Shown here: piece after piece, positions 30,563 to 40,156 of the stretch
How the letters are laid out: every line of letters begins with the position of its first letter
Position numbering within the stretch: position 1 is the stretch's first letter
Assembly (NCBI GenBank): GCA_016649875.1
Contig: JAENWW010000007.1
Span: 19,715-83,714, forward strand
Length of the DNA stretch: 64,000 nt
Source: Coriobacteriia bacterium
GTDB lineage: Bacteria > Actinomycetota > Coriobacteriia > WRKU01 > JAENWW01
Direction: 5' to 3'
The notes under the pieces: model-generated
What the model saw: only the letters and a program-made list of their open reading frames with translations
What the model was told of the DNA's origin: nothing
Database searches by the model: none
Made by a program: the position numbers and the translations under genes

Positions 30563-30616
30563 GAACGATTCAGTAATTTTCGGCACATTAGGTGCCGTGA
30601 AATTGGAGGTTAGAAA

Positions 30617-30802
30617 GTGGCTAAGAAATCGATGATCGCTAAGGCTGCGAGAACTCCGAAGTTCTCAAGTCGCCGTCAAACTCGTTGCACTCGTTGTGGC
30701 CGTCCACGCAGCGTATATCGCCAGTTTGGACTTTGCCGCATCTGCTTGCGCGAGTTGGCAAGTCGTGGCGAGCTCCCCGGTGTACGTAAGGCAAGCTGGT
30801 AA
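30617..30802 (+). CDS. rpsZ: 30S ribosomal protein S14 type Z (zinc-binding, 61 aa)
   Basis: Contains [10 protein letters not shown]...CRIC followed by GVRKASW. GTG start. Confidence 0.92.
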   Translation: MAKKSMIAKAARTPKFSSRRQTRCTRCGRPRSVYRQFGLCRICLRELASRGELPGVRKASW

Positions 30803-30928
30803 TTCATTCAATATTTGTTACCGCGACGTACTTACGTATCCCGTAGAGATTCGTATGAGTAGCGCGTATTCCACGGGTTTACGCGAACCTCAGCACGGTA
30901 TCATCCCGAACCATAGGAGGAAAAAACA

Positions 30929-31327
30929 ATGAGCATGACAGACCCGATCGCCGATATGCTTACTCGCGTTCGTAACGCGAATAGTGCTGTCAAGGCGACC
31001 TGCTCGATGCCTTCAAGTAAAAAACTTGTCGACATTGCAAAGGTACTGAAAAAGGAAGGCTACATAATAGCTTTCCAAGTAGCCGAGGGTACTCCGGTCA
31101 ATACACTTGAGATTACCTTGAAATATGGCTTGAAGAAGGAGCGTACCATCACCGGTATCCGCCGAATCTCAAAGCCTGGTTTGCGTGTATACGCGAAAAA
31201 AGATGACCTGCCTCGCGTTCTCGGAGGTCTCGGTATTGCAATAATTTCTACCTCACAAGGCGTAATGACGGACCGTGCCGCTCGCAAAGCGGGCGCCGGC
31301 GGCGAAGTCATCGCTTACGTCTGGTAA
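30929..31327 (+). CDS. rpsH: 30S ribosomal protein S8
   Basis: The N-terminus [15 protein letters not shown]. Confidence 0.95.
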   Translation: MSMTDPIADMLTRVRNANSAVKATCSMPSSKKLVDIAKVLKKEGYIIAFQVAEGTPVNTLEITLKYGLKKERTITGIRRISKPGLRVYAKKDDLPRVLGGLGIAIISTSQGVMTDRAARKAGAGGEVIAYVW

Positions 31328-31350
31328 TCGATCCGGGAAGGAGAGCACTT

Positions 31351-31887
31351 ATGTCACGTATTGGTAAGATGCCTATTCCGGTTCCTGCCGGCGTAGAAGT
31401 AACAATCAACGGTCAAGACGTTACGGTCAAAGGTAAGCTCGGAGAGCTGTCCCGTACCTTCGTCGACGAGGTCACCATTACACGCGAAGGCGACGAGATC
31501 ATCGTTGCTCGCAAGGAGGAAACTCGCGAGGCTCGCTCATTGCACGGTCTCAGCCGTTCGCTCCTCAATAATATGGTAGTTGGCGTCACCGAAGGCTACG
31601 AACGCAACCTGGAAATCGTCGGTGTCGGTTACCGTGCCGTCCTTAAAGGCAAGGATCTCGATCTTGCGCTCGGTTACAGTCATCCTGTGATCATCACGCC
31701 TGAAGACGGCATTACATTCGAAGTCCCTGTCCCCACACAAATTAAAGTCAAGGGCATTGATAAGCAGCGTGTCGGCCAAGTTGCGGCAGACGTTCGTAAG
31801 TGGCGTAAGCCTGAGCCCTACAAAGGCAAAGGTATTCGTTATGCAGGCGAGCATGTCCGTCGTAAGTTGGGCAAGGCTGCTAAGTAG
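31351..31887 (+). CDS. rplF: 50S ribosomal protein L6
   Basis: The N-terminus MSRIGKMPIPVPAGV. Confidence 0.95.
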   Translation: MSRIGKMPIPVPAGVEVTINGQDVTVKGKLGELSRTFVDEVTITREGDEIIVARKEETREARSLHGLSRSLLNNMVVGVTEGYERNLEIVGVGYRAVLKGKDLDLALGYSHPVIITPEDGITFEVPVPTQIKVKGIDKQRVGQVAADVRKWRKPEPYKGKGIRYAGEHVRRKLGKAAK

Positions 31888-31941
31888 TAAAAGCACCCGT
31901 CCGGGGTTACAGTCCCGGTAAATGCGAGGAGAAGAGCTTAA

Positions 31942-32313
31942 ATGAACAAAATGAAGGCAAAAGTTGCTTCGTTGGCACGACGCCAGCGACGCGTGCGCGC
32001 AAAGCTGACCGGGACCGCGGAACGTCCGCGTCTCCGAGTGGTGCGTGGTAATGCACACATCTCTGCTCAACTGATTGATGATGTCGCAGGTAAGACTTTG
32101 GCTGCTGCTGCTTCCAACGAGGCAGAGCTTTCAAAGAAGCTTAAGAACAACGGTAGCAACATTGCGGCTGCAAAGCTCGTCGGTGAGACCGTCGGTAAGC
32201 GTGCGGTAGAGGCGGGTGCCACGGAAATTCTTTTCGATCGTGGCGGTCACGTCTATCATGGTAGGGTAAAAGCTCTCGCGGACGGCGCTCGTAGTGCCGG
32301 CCTTAGATTCTAG
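31942..32313 (+). CDS. rplR: 50S ribosomal protein L18
   Basis: Contains [20 protein letters not shown] and [20 protein letters not shown]. Confidence 0.93.
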   Translation: MNKMKAKVASLARRQRRVRAKLTGTAERPRLRVVRGNAHISAQLIDDVAGKTLAAAASNEAELSKKLKNNGSNIAAAKLVGETVGKRAVEAGATEILFDRGGHVYHGRVKALADGARSAGLRF

Positions 32314-32321
32314 GAGGACTC

Positions 32322-32831
32322 ATGGCGCGTAGAGAAACACAGGTTTCTGAGCTCCAGGAGAAGGTTGTCCAGATCAACCGAGTTTCAAAGGTTGTAAAAG
32401 GTGGACGACGTTTCTCTCTGAGCGCTCTTGTAGTCGTAGGAGATGGCAAGGGCAAGGTAGGCGTAGGTATGGGCAAGTCCGCCGAAGTGCCCAATGCCAT
32501 TAAAAAGGGTATCGATGATGCCAAGAAGAACATGTTCACGGTTCCTGTCGTCAACGGTACGCTTCCGCATGAAGTTATCGGCGAATTCGGCGCAGGACGC
32601 GTACTCCTCAAGCCGGCAGCACCCGGTACCGGCATCATTGCCGGTGGTCCGGTTCGAGCTATTCTCGAGCTTGCCGGTGTGACCGATGTCTTGAGCAAGT
32701 CGCTCGGTTCCGCTAACGCTCTCAACATCGTCAAGGCTGCGGCTGCCGGTTTGCAGTCTATCCAGTCTGCGCAAGATGTTGCCGATCGTCGCGGTTTGAC
32801 CGTCGAAGAAGTATACGGTCAGGAGGGTTAA
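32322..32831 (+). CDS. rpsE: 30S ribosomal protein S5
   Basis: Contains [15 protein letters not shown] and [16 protein letters not shown]. Confidence 0.95.
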   Translation: MARRETQVSELQEKVVQINRVSKVVKGGRRFSLSALVVVGDGKGKVGVGMGKSAEVPNAIKKGIDDAKKNMFTVPVVNGTLPHEVIGEFGAGRVLLKPAAPGTGIIAGGPVRAILELAGVTDVLSKSLGSANALNIVKAAAAGLQSIQSAQDVADRRGLTVEEVYGQEG

Positions 32832-33034
32832 TGATGGTTGCAAAGAAAGCTACCCAAAAGACTCTGAAGATTACTCAGGTGAAAAGCTCAATCGGCTACA
32901 AATCCGATCAAGGAGCTACGTTGAAGGCTCTCGGTCTGAAGCGAATAAGCGACTCGCGCGAACAAACCGATACGCCGGCGATTCGTGGGATGATTTTTAA
33001 AGTGAAGCACCTCGTCAAGGTGGAAGAGCTTTAA
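32831..33034 (+). CDS. rpmD: 50S ribosomal protein L30
   Basis: Contains [11 protein letters not shown]...TLKALGL...IRGMI. 67 aa. Confidence 0.88.
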   Translation: MMVAKKATQKTLKITQVKSSIGYKSDQGATLKALGLKRISDSREQTDTPAIRGMIFKVKHLVKVEEL

Positions 33035-33174
33035 AACGGTGTTTTTGCCAACCCGACTTAACCGTCGGGTTTTGGCGTGTTAGAAGTAATGTGTAGGTAG
33101 TTGCCAGCGGCGAGCTGCTGGTGTGGGCAAAATGGTTTGCCCTAGAGAAGCGCACACAAGGAGATTAAAAGATT

Positions 33175-33618
33175 ATGCAGATTCATGATTTATTCCCAGC
33201 CCCCGGTTCACGCAAGAGCCGTAAACGCGTAGGTCGCGGACACGGTTCAGGCCACGGTAAGACATCCGGTCGCGGTGCAAACGGACAACTTTCACGTGCA
33301 GGTGGAGGAAAAGGCCCAGGATTCGAGGGTGGACAACTTCCGTTGTATATGCGTCTTCCTAAATTAGGAGGGTTCACGAGTCGCAATCGTGTCGAATACG
33401 CCGTCGTCAATGTCGGGCGTCTCGAAGAATTGTTTGCTAACGGCGAAGTGGTAACCGCCGAGGCCCTTGCGGAGAGAGGCGCCATTCGTTCGGCGCTCAA
33501 AGCTCCCGTAAAAGTGCTCGGTGACGGTGAAATCACTAAAAAACTTACTATTAAAGTCGACAAGGTTTCAAAGTCTGCTCAGACTAAAATTGAAGCCGCA
33601 GGAGGGACGGTCGGTTAA
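33175..33618 (+). CDS. rplO: 50S ribosomal protein L15
   Basis: The N-terminus is Gly-rich ([17 protein letters not shown]). Confidence 0.93.
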   Translation: MQIHDLFPAPGSRKSRKRVGRGHGSGHGKTSGRGANGQLSRAGGGKGPGFEGGQLPLYMRLPKLGGFTSRNRVEYAVVNVGRLEELFANGEVVTAEALAERGAIRSALKAPVKVLGDGEITKKLTIKVDKVSKSAQTKIEAAGGTVG

Positions 33619-33620
33619 TC

Positions 33621-34877
33621 GTGCTTTCCGCTATCGCTAATGCTTTCAAGGTTCCGGATCTTCGCAAGAAAATCCTGTTTACCTTGATAATCGTTGCGCT
33701 CTACCGGATTGGGTGTTTTATCCCCGTCCCGGGTGTGAACTTGGATGCGATTGCTTCTCAAGTCAGCGGCAGCGCAGCTCTGGGCATGCTCAGCATGTTC
33801 ACCGGTGGTGCACTTGAGAACTTTGCCGTGTTCGCAATGGGCATCATGCCCTACATCACCGCATCGATTATCATGCAGCTCCTTCAGGCGGCCGTACCGA
33901 CTCTTGAAGCACTTGCAAAAGAAGGCGAATCGGGACAGCGTAAGATTACCCAATATACCCGTTACCTCACATTGGGTATCGGTCTTTTCGAGGGAGTCGC
34001 TTATCTCGGTTTGTTCCGTGGCTCCATTGTGCAATCGGCGGCAATCCCGCCAGTTGTGACGAGCATAATGATCGTCGCTTCGTTGCTTGCCGGTACCGCC
34101 TTGATCATGTGGCTCTCGGAGCTCATCACACAGCGCGGTGTCGGAAACGGCATGTCGATCATCATATTCGTGAGTATCGTCGCTCGTTTTCCTCAGGCTT
34201 TGGCAAGTTCCTTGACTTTGAAAAGCGTGCCGGCGACCTTGTTCATTTTGTTCGTCGTTTTGTTCGTTATCGCCGCGGTCATTTTCATCGATCGCGGTCA
34301 GCGCCGGATTCCCGTTCAATACGCCAAGCGCGTGGTGGGACGTCGTGTATTCGGAGGGTCGGGAACGTATATTCCCCTGAAGGTGAACGGGGCAAACGTC
34401 GTGCCGATTATCTTTGCAATCGCGCTTTTGCAGGTTCCGGTTCAACTTGCGCAGTTTTTCCCGAAAGTCGGATGGATCACGACAGTTTCGAATGCCGTCG
34501 CCTCCGGCCCGGTCAACTGGACGATTACGTTTGCTCTCATCGTATTCTTTTCATACTTTTACACGGCGCTCATCTTCAACCCGCTCGAGCTTTCGGATAA
34601 CCTTCGCAAGCAAGGCGGATTCATTCCCGGCATTCGACCGGGGGCGCAGACAACCGCTTACATCGAGCGTGTCATGAACCGCATCGTTTTGCCGGGTGCG
34701 CTCTTCCTCGGTATCATCGCAGTCGGAACTTCGATCCTGTTTGCGACGACCGGTAACACGCTCGTTCAACAGTTCGGCGGTACCTCGATTTTGATTATGG
34801 TAAGCGTTGCACTCGAAACCATGACGCAGGTCGAAAGCCAGCTGAAGATGCGTCATTACGAAGGGTTCTTCAAATAG
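33621..34877 (+). CDS. secY: Preprotein translocase subunit SecY
   Basis: 418 aa and multi-TM. The N-terminus contains DLRKKILFTL...YRIG..IPVPG. Confidence 0.93.
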   Translation: MLSAIANAFKVPDLRKKILFTLIIVALYRIGCFIPVPGVNLDAIASQVSGSAALGMLSMFTGGALENFAVFAMGIMPYITASIIMQLLQAAVPTLEALAKEGESGQRKITQYTRYLTLGIGLFEGVAYLGLFRGSIVQSAAIPPVVTSIMIVASLLAGTALIMWLSELITQRGVGNGMSIIIFVSIVARFPQALASSLTLKSVPATLFILFVVLFVIAAVIFIDRGQRRIPVQYAKRVVGRRVFGGSGTYIPLKVNGANVVPIIFAIALLQVPVQLAQFFPKVGWITTVSNAVASGPVNWTITFALIVFFSYFYTALIFNPLELSDNLRKQGGFIPGIRPGAQTTAYIERVMNRIVLPGALFLGIIAVGTSILFATTGNTLVQQFGGTSILIMVSVALETMTQVESQLKMRHYEGFFK

Positions 34878-34903
34878 GCGAAAGAGTTCTATATACGTAA
34901 TTG

Positions 34904-34942
34904 AAAAGAACGGCCTCGGCATTGTGCGGGGGCCGTTCTTTT
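34904..34942. terminator. Bidirectional rho-independent terminator between convergent secY and the 91-aa ORF
   Basis: AAAAGAACGGCC-(15-nt loop)-GGCCGTTCTTTT, with A-tract and T-tract flanks. Confidence 0.7.
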
Positions 34943-34960
34943 CTTCCGCAAGATTACATT

Positions 34961-35236
34961 TCAAGACCATTTCTCCTCGACGAACCACGCGGGATCTTCA
35001 AAGTAGAGGTGGGAATCACGTTCTCCGATTTTGCAGAGGTAGCGGATGCCACGGCCACCGACGCGTAGCGACGCCGCTCGCCGCACGTCGAGAATTCGGG
35101 TGATTTCGAAAACGCGCCCATCATCCCATGTGATGGAAAGGGGGGTGATGCCGCCCTCTGTGTCGTACCGCGCGACGACCTCGACGTAGTGCTTGCGCCG
35201 ATTCGGTTCTGTATTATTTTGTGTCCCATCCTGCAT
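34961..35236 (-). CDS. Hypothetical 91-aa protein co-transcribed downstream of the Y-family polymerase
   Basis: An intact ORF 38 nt downstream of the polymerase stop, on the same strand and ending at the terminator. I recognise no family by eye. Confidence 0.5.
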   Translation of the reverse strand: MQDGTQNNTEPNRRKHYVEVVARYDTEGGITPLSITWDDGRVFEITRILDVRRAASLRVGGRGIRYLCKIGERDSHLYFEDPAWFVEEKWS

Positions 35237-35274
35237 TCAGTCGTTCGTTCCCGTCGTCATCGTAGTGCAGCGCG

Positions 35275-36576
35275 TTAATTATTGAAGAATCCTATCGGAT
35301 GTATGATGTTATCGCGCTTCACATCGGCCTCGTTTATGCTTGTGTTGCAAAGCGATGTCGCGCGCCTGACGATATGGTTCCCGAAGCGTCTGCGCAATTC
35401 ATCGATTGCGGTATCCAAACACTCCATGCGGCAGCGATCCGCCTCGGGTAAGAAGAGGTCGAGCTGCATCGGGGCGTCGGCATCGACGAAGTCGGAGGCG
35501 CGAATACTAATCGCACGCAACGGGTGGAAATCGTCGATGTGATGGTTTTCTTCCAAAAGCCGAAAGGCGCATGCGGCTATTTCCGCTGTGATGTTGCTCG
35601 GCGCGACCAGTTTTGCCTGTCTTGTGAAACTATGCAAATCATCGGAAGTGCGCGGGGATACGCTCACGGTCCGTGCCTTTACTTTGTGCTCGCGCATCCG
35701 ATGAGCCACTGATTCGGCCAACAGGTACACGAGAGCTTTCGCATCGCTTCGAGTGGTTATGTCGTGCGGTGTCGTGAGGCCGTTTCCGATACTCTTCATC
35801 TCATAATCGACGCCGGAGCGCAGAGGGTCGAGAACCTTGACGGGTGAACTGTCCTCTCCGCGTGCAAAGCTTTGCAAAATGTACCCCATTTTTCCCAGTC
35901 TGTTCGTCAGGCGCACCGTCGATGCTTGCGCGATTTCTCCTATGGTGAAAATCGCGCAAGCTGCAAGCTTTTTCTTCGTCGCCGGTCCCACATAAAGCAT
36001 TTCTTCGGCCGGTGCGTTCCATACGATTTCACGATAGTTTTCACGGGTTATGCAGGTTATGGCATCCGGCTTTTTGTAGTCGCTGCCGAATTTGGCGAAT
36101 ACTTTGTTCCAGCTGACGCCTATGGATACCGTCACGCCCAGTTCGCTTTTCACCCTCTGGCTGATTTCTTGCGCGATAGTGAGAGGCGGGCGGCCGAGAA
36201 GTCGCATCGAACCGGTGAGATCGAGCCAAGCCTCGTCGGGGCCGAAAGGTTCGACTTGATCGGTGTAGTCGTAATAGATTTCGCGTGCCAATCGCGAGTA
36301 TTCCAAATAAAGACGATAGTTGGGAGGAACGACTACGAGTGCCGGGCATTTGCTACGGGCCGACCACAGCGTTTCGCCACTTTTAACGCCGCACTTCTTG
36401 GCGATTTCATTCTTCGCGAGCACTATACCGTGACGGCTATCTTCGTCGCCTCCGACCGCGACGGGTTTATCGCGGAGCTCCGGGTTATGAAAGCATTCGA
36501 CATTCGCATAAAAACAATTCATATCTGAATGCAAAATCACTCGATCAGCCAATGGTTCCTCCCCGTAAGCGAACAT
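35275..36576 (-). CDS. dinB: Y-family (DinB/UmuC-like) translesion DNA polymerase
   Basis: Contains ILHSDMNCFYANVE, GGDEDSRHGIVLA and the Y-family palm motifs. I placed the start at ATG 36576, inside the SOS box, rather than track TTG 36615. Confidence 0.85.
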   Translation of the reverse strand: MFAYGEEPLADRVILHSDMNCFYANVECFHNPELRDKPVAVGGDEDSRHGIVLAKNEIAKKCGVKSGETLWSARSKCPALVVVPPNYRLYLEYSRLAREIYYDYTDQVEPFGPDEAWLDLTGSMRLLGRPPLTIAQEISQRVKSELGVTVSIGVSWNKVFAKFGSDYKKPDAITCITRENYREIVWNAPAEEMLYVGPATKKKLAACAIFTIGEIAQASTVRLTNRLGKMGYILQSFARGEDSSPVKVLDPLRSGVDYEMKSIGNGLTTPHDITTRSDAKALVYLLAESVAHRMREHKVKARTVSVSPRTSDDLHSFTRQAKLVAPSNITAEIAACAFRLLEENHHIDDFHPLRAISIRASDFVDADAPMQLDLFLPEADRCRMECLDTAIDELRRRFGNHIVRRATSLCNTSINEADVKRDNIIHPIGFFNN

Positions 36577-36583
36577 CTGTTCG
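36570..36583 (-). promoter_or_regulatory. LexA (SOS/Cheo-type) box CGAACATCTGTTCG overlapping the polymerase start codon
   Basis: It is a perfect match to CGAAC-N4-GTTCG. On the minus strand it reads CGAACAGATGTTCG and contains the ATG. Confidence 0.7.
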
Positions 36584-36586
36584 TAT

Positions 36587-36615
36587 AGTATGACTCGAAA
36601 GAGAAAAGGAGTCAA
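36587..36615 (-). promoter_or_regulatory. Promoter of the polymerase operon (near-leaderless transcript predicted)
   Basis: On the minus strand: TTGACT (36615-36610), a 17-nt spacer and CATACT (36592-36587). The ATG lies about 10 nt downstream of the -10 element, and there is no SD. Confidence 0.45.
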
Positions 36616-36751
36616 TACGTTTGTGAGCTATTCATGCCTTCTCGCCATCAGAGCACCGCGTACGGGGCGAAAGTTGTTGTATCATTTACGGAGGCCATAA
36701 AGCGTGTGCTGAGGTTCGCGCTTACTCTATCGACGTTGAAAGGATTTCTAC

Positions 36752-37381
36752 ATGAACATCGTTTTACTCGGCGCGCCTGGTGCGGGAAAAGGTACTCAGG
36801 CGAAAAATATCATCGACAAGTACAAGTTGCCACATATTTCAACCGGTGACATCTTGCGCGCAGCCGTCGCAAACAAGACGGAGCTCGGATTGGAAGCCAA
36901 GAAGTTTATGGATGCCGGCGACCTCGTTCCGGATGCGGTCGTCATCGGATTGGTCAAAGACCGCCTGTCACAAAAAGATACAGGAGAAGGGTTCATCCTC
37001 GACGGTTTCCCCCGCACGACCGCGCAGGCCGTCGCGCTCGATGAAGAGCTCGCCGATTTGGGCAAATCGATTTCGGCGGCAATCGCTGTCGATGTCGATT
37101 CCGAGGTCATCATCGGTCGTCTCACTTCTCGTCGCACGTGTCGCGCATGCGGACGTATCACCTCGGAATCGGAAGGAGCCGCCTGTTCCGTTTGTGGCGG
37201 CGAGCTCTATCAGCGTGAAGATGATAATGAGAAGACGGTGCGCAATCGTCTCGATGTCTATGCGAAGTCGACGTTGCCGCTTATCGATTATTACGGTGGA
37301 AAAGGTGTGCTTCACACAATCGACGGCGATCGTCCCGTCGCAGTCGTGTGGGCAGACGTAAAAGCAGTTTTGGAGGCCTAA
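36752..37381 (+). CDS. adk: Adenylate kinase (zinc-lid type)
   Basis: The N-terminus MNIVLLGAPGAGKGTQA and a lid with CRACG...CSVCG. Confidence 0.95.
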   Translation: MNIVLLGAPGAGKGTQAKNIIDKYKLPHISTGDILRAAVANKTELGLEAKKFMDAGDLVPDAVVIGLVKDRLSQKDTGEGFILDGFPRTTAQAVALDEELADLGKSISAAIAVDVDSEVIIGRLTSRRTCRACGRITSESEGAACSVCGGELYQREDDNEKTVRNRLDVYAKSTLPLIDYYGGKGVLHTIDGDRPVAVVWADVKAVLEA

Positions 37382-37388
37382 GCTCGTT

Positions 37389-38144
37389 TTGATTATCATC
37401 AAGTCGAAAAGTGAACTTGAAGTCATGAAAGAGGCCGGGCGCATCAGCGCTCGGGCTCTTCGCATTGCGTGTGAATCCGCGAAGCCCGGCATGTCGACAG
37501 CCGAGGTCGATTCAATCGCTGAAGAGGTGATCAGAGCCGAGGGGGCAATACCGGCTTTCTTGGGGTACGGCGGTTTTCCGGCAACGATTTGCGCAAGCAT
37601 CAACGATGAGGTCGTACACGGTATTCCTTCGAAACACACGAAACTTCGTGAAGGAGATATCCTTACCGTCGACGTCGGTGCAATTTTCGAGGGCTATGTG
37701 GGCGATAACGCCAATACCGTCGGAATCGGGCACATCGATTCCGAGTCGCAGCGACTGATCGATGTGACGAGGAAAGGTTTGTATGCCGGAATAGCGCAGG
37801 CCTTCCTCGGCAATCATCTCGGTGATGTGAGCGCCGCAGTCGGTGCCGTCGCCGATGAAGCCGGCCTTGGAATCGTGCGTGAATATGTCGGCCACGGCAT
37901 CGGCAGAGATATGCATGAGGATCCGAATATTCCCAACTATTACGATCCGTCAATCGGGTCGGGGCCGCTTTTGAGAGTCGGGATGTGCTTGGCAATCGAG
38001 CCCATGTTCAACCTAGGCGAGGACGCTGTCAAAACACTTCGCGATGGGTGGACCGTCGTTACGCGCGATCATAAATATTCGGCTCAAATCGAGCACACCA
38101 TCGCCATTACCGAAGATGGACCCGTTATCTTGACGCAAGAGTGA
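37389..38144 (+). CDS. map: Methionine aminopeptidase type I
   Basis: Contains IKSKSELEVMKEAGRI, the metal ligands in DVGA..GYVGD, and HGIG. Confidence 0.93.
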   Translation: MIIIKSKSELEVMKEAGRISARALRIACESAKPGMSTAEVDSIAEEVIRAEGAIPAFLGYGGFPATICASINDEVVHGIPSKHTKLREGDILTVDVGAIFEGYVGDNANTVGIGHIDSESQRLIDVTRKGLYAGIAQAFLGNHLGDVSAAVGAVADEAGLGIVREYVGHGIGRDMHEDPNIPNYYDPSIGSGPLLRVGMCLAIEPMFNLGEDAVKTLRDGWTVVTRDHKYSAQIEHTIAITEDGPVILTQE

Positions 38145-38202
38145 TGATGGTGGTACTATTAACCTTCGCGTGTCCCTGTATGTTTTAATTTAAGGAATGT
38201 TT

Positions 38203-38424
38203 GTGGCAAAAAAAGAAGAGGCAATCGAACTGGAAGGCACCGTCGTCGAGGCCCTGCCTAATGCAACGTTTAGGGTGGAACTTGAAAACGGGCACAAAGT
38301 TCTCGGGCATATTTCGGGTAAAATGCGTATGCACTACATTCGCATACTTCCCGGTGATAAGGTGACAGTCGAACTTTCTCCTTATGACTTGGCACGTGGG
38401 CGTATTACTTATCGTTATAAGTAA
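38203..38424 (+). CDS. infA: Translation initiation factor IF-1
   Basis: Contains [31 protein letters not shown] prefer GTG 38203 (6 nt after AAGGA) to ATG 38197, which has no spacing from the RBS. Confidence 0.9.
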   Translation: MAKKEEAIELEGTVVEALPNATFRVELENGHKVLGHISGKMRMHYIRILPGDKVTVELSPYDLARGRITYRYK

Positions 38425-38570
38425 TTTTTCCACGGTGCGATAGTTCGACGTACTCCTGCGATTTTTGGCGGGAATGCGGTGTGCACACTCGTATGATAGG
38501 ACAATAATCGTCTGCGGTTGGACGAGGAGATAGATTTCTTTAGTTAAGGAACCGAAAGGAAGTTAAAAAA

Positions 38571-38684
38571 ATGAAGGTACGTCCTTCGGTCAAGAAAATG
38601 TGTGACAAATGTAAAATTATCCGGCGCCATGGTCGCGTGTTCGTCATTTGTGAGAACCCGCGCCATAAACAGCGTCAGGGCTAG
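38571..38684 (+). CDS. rpmJ: 50S ribosomal protein L36 (37 aa, zinc form); not on the supplied ORF track
   Basis: My translation is [37 protein letters not shown], ending at TAG 38682-38684. The RBS is GAAAGGAAG. Confidence 0.9.
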   Translation: MKVRPSVKKMCDKCKIIRRHGRVFVICENPRHKQRQG

Positions 38685-38696
38685 GAGGAAGCACAC

Positions 38697-39071
38697 GTGG
38701 CTCGTATTATCGGTGTCGACCTCCCGCGCGACAAGCGTGTTGAGATCGGCCTAACTTACATCTATGGTGTCGGTTTGACCACTAGCCAAAAGATTTTGGC
38801 AGAGACTGGAATAAATCCAGATACCCGTGTTCATGACCTCACCGAAGAAGAGGTCACAGCTCTCCGTGAATACATTGACAAGCACTTTACCGTCGAGGGC
38901 GACCTCCGGCGCGAAGTGAAGCAAAACATCAAGAGACTCATGGAGATTGGTTGCTATCGTGGCCTTCGCCACCGCAAGGGACTCCCGGTCCGCGGTCAAC
39001 GCACCCACACGAACGCTCGTACTCGCAAGGGTCCGAAGCGCCAAATCGGTGCTAAGAAGAAGGGCAACTAA
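38697..39071 (+). CDS. rpsM: 30S ribosomal protein S13
   Basis: The N-terminus (M)[23 protein letters not shown]. Confidence 0.95.
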   Translation: MARIIGVDLPRDKRVEIGLTYIYGVGLTTSQKILAETGINPDTRVHDLTEEEVTALREYIDKHFTVEGDLRREVKQNIKRLMEIGCYRGLRHRKGLPVRGQRTHTNARTRKGPKRQIGAKKKGN

Positions 39072-39073
39072 CA

Positions 39074-39472
39074 ATGGCAACGAAGAAAAATGCACGTACT
39101 CGAGTAAAGCGCAGCGAGCGTAAGAACATCGCCGTTGGACAAGCTCACGTCAAGAGTACTTTTAACAACACGATTGTGACTATCACCGATCCGCTGGGCA
39201 ATGTCATTGCATGGCAATCCGGTGGTACCTCAAACTACAAGGGTTCACGCAAGTCAACCCCGTTCGCAGCCCAGCTCGCTGCAGAGGCGGCCGCAAAGAC
39301 CGCCCAAGAGCACGGTATGCGTAAAGTTGCAGTATTCGCCAAGGGCCCCGGCTCCGGTCGCGAGACTGCCATCCGTTCACTGCAGGCCGCTGGACTTGAA
39401 ATTGCAAGTATCCAGGACTGCACGCCCGTTCCGCACAATGGATGTCGCCCGCGCAAGCGTCGCCGCGTCTAA
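39074..39472 (+). CDS. rpsK: 30S ribosomal protein S11
   Basis: Contains [15 protein letters not shown] and [15 protein letters not shown]. Confidence 0.95.
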   Translation: MATKKNARTRVKRSERKNIAVGQAHVKSTFNNTIVTITDPLGNVIAWQSGGTSNYKGSRKSTPFAAQLAAEAAAKTAQEHGMRKVAVFAKGPGSGRETAIRSLQAAGLEIASIQDCTPVPHNGCRPRKRRRV

Positions 39473-39496
39473 TATAGTCGAGAGGAGTGCCTAGTT

Positions 39497-40123
39497 ATGG
39501 CACGTTACACAGGGGCGGACTGCCGTCTGTGCCGCCGCGAGGGAGAAAAACTCTTCCTTAAAGGCGACCGTTGCTTTGGCGATAAATGCGCCATTGAGCG
39601 TCGTCCTTACCCGCCTGGACAGGCCGGTAAGAAGCGTCCGCGCGACAGTGAATACCGCATTCAGCTTCGTGAGAAGCAAAAAACTAAGCGTATGTACGGC
39701 ATGCTCGAGAAGCAATTCCGCGGTTACTACGTATTGGCGAGCCGTCAAGACGGCATTACAGGTGAAAACCTGCTTCGTCTTCTTGAGATTCGTCTCGACA
39801 ACGTCGTCTACCGTCTCGGTTTTGCCCGTTCTCGCGATGAGGCACGCCAGATTGTCAGTCACGGTCACATCACCATCAACGGCAAGCGCGTGAACATCCC
39901 GTCATACCGCGTTCGTCCGGGCGATTTGGTTGCGATTGCTACGAAGTCAAAGGACCTCCTTATCGTTAAGGCATCCATCGTTGCGTCAGAGCGTTCTAGT
40001 GTTCCGGGATGGCTTGAAGTTGACATTGAGAAACTCCAGGGAAGCGTTATCGCGCTTCCGAACCGTGATCAGATCGATATCACGGTCAAAGAGCACCTCA
40101 TCGTCGAACTTTATTCCAAGTAA
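39497..40123 (+). CDS. rpsD: 30S ribosomal protein S4 (Cys-containing form)
   Basis: The N-terminus [26 protein letters not shown], followed by an S4 RNA-binding domain. Confidence 0.95.
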   Translation: MARYTGADCRLCRREGEKLFLKGDRCFGDKCAIERRPYPPGQAGKKRPRDSEYRIQLREKQKTKRMYGMLEKQFRGYYVLASRQDGITGENLLRLLEIRLDNVVYRLGFARSRDEARQIVSHGHITINGKRVNIPSYRVRPGDLVAIATKSKDLLIVKASIVASERSSVPGWLEVDIEKLQGSVIALPNRDQIDITVKEHLIVELYSK

Positions 40124-40156
40124 TTATGAATCGTAAGTAAGTTCAGGAGGCTTAAT

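Noticed and set aside
33615-34445. 276-aa minus-strand ORF inside secY, and similar antisense ORFs inside fusA, ftsH, the ccm genes and the 56436..57362 gene
   Set aside because: All lie fully within strongly supported genes on the other strand. They have biased Arg/His/Asp composition and no translation signals.
36577-36615. TTG 36615 as the start of the Y-family polymerase
   Set aside because: There is no RBS, and the TTG itself lies within the predicted -35 hexamer. The 13 extra residues are non-conserved and hydrophobic. ATG 36576 sits in the SOS box just downstream of the promoter and gives a normal distance to the DMNCFYA motif.
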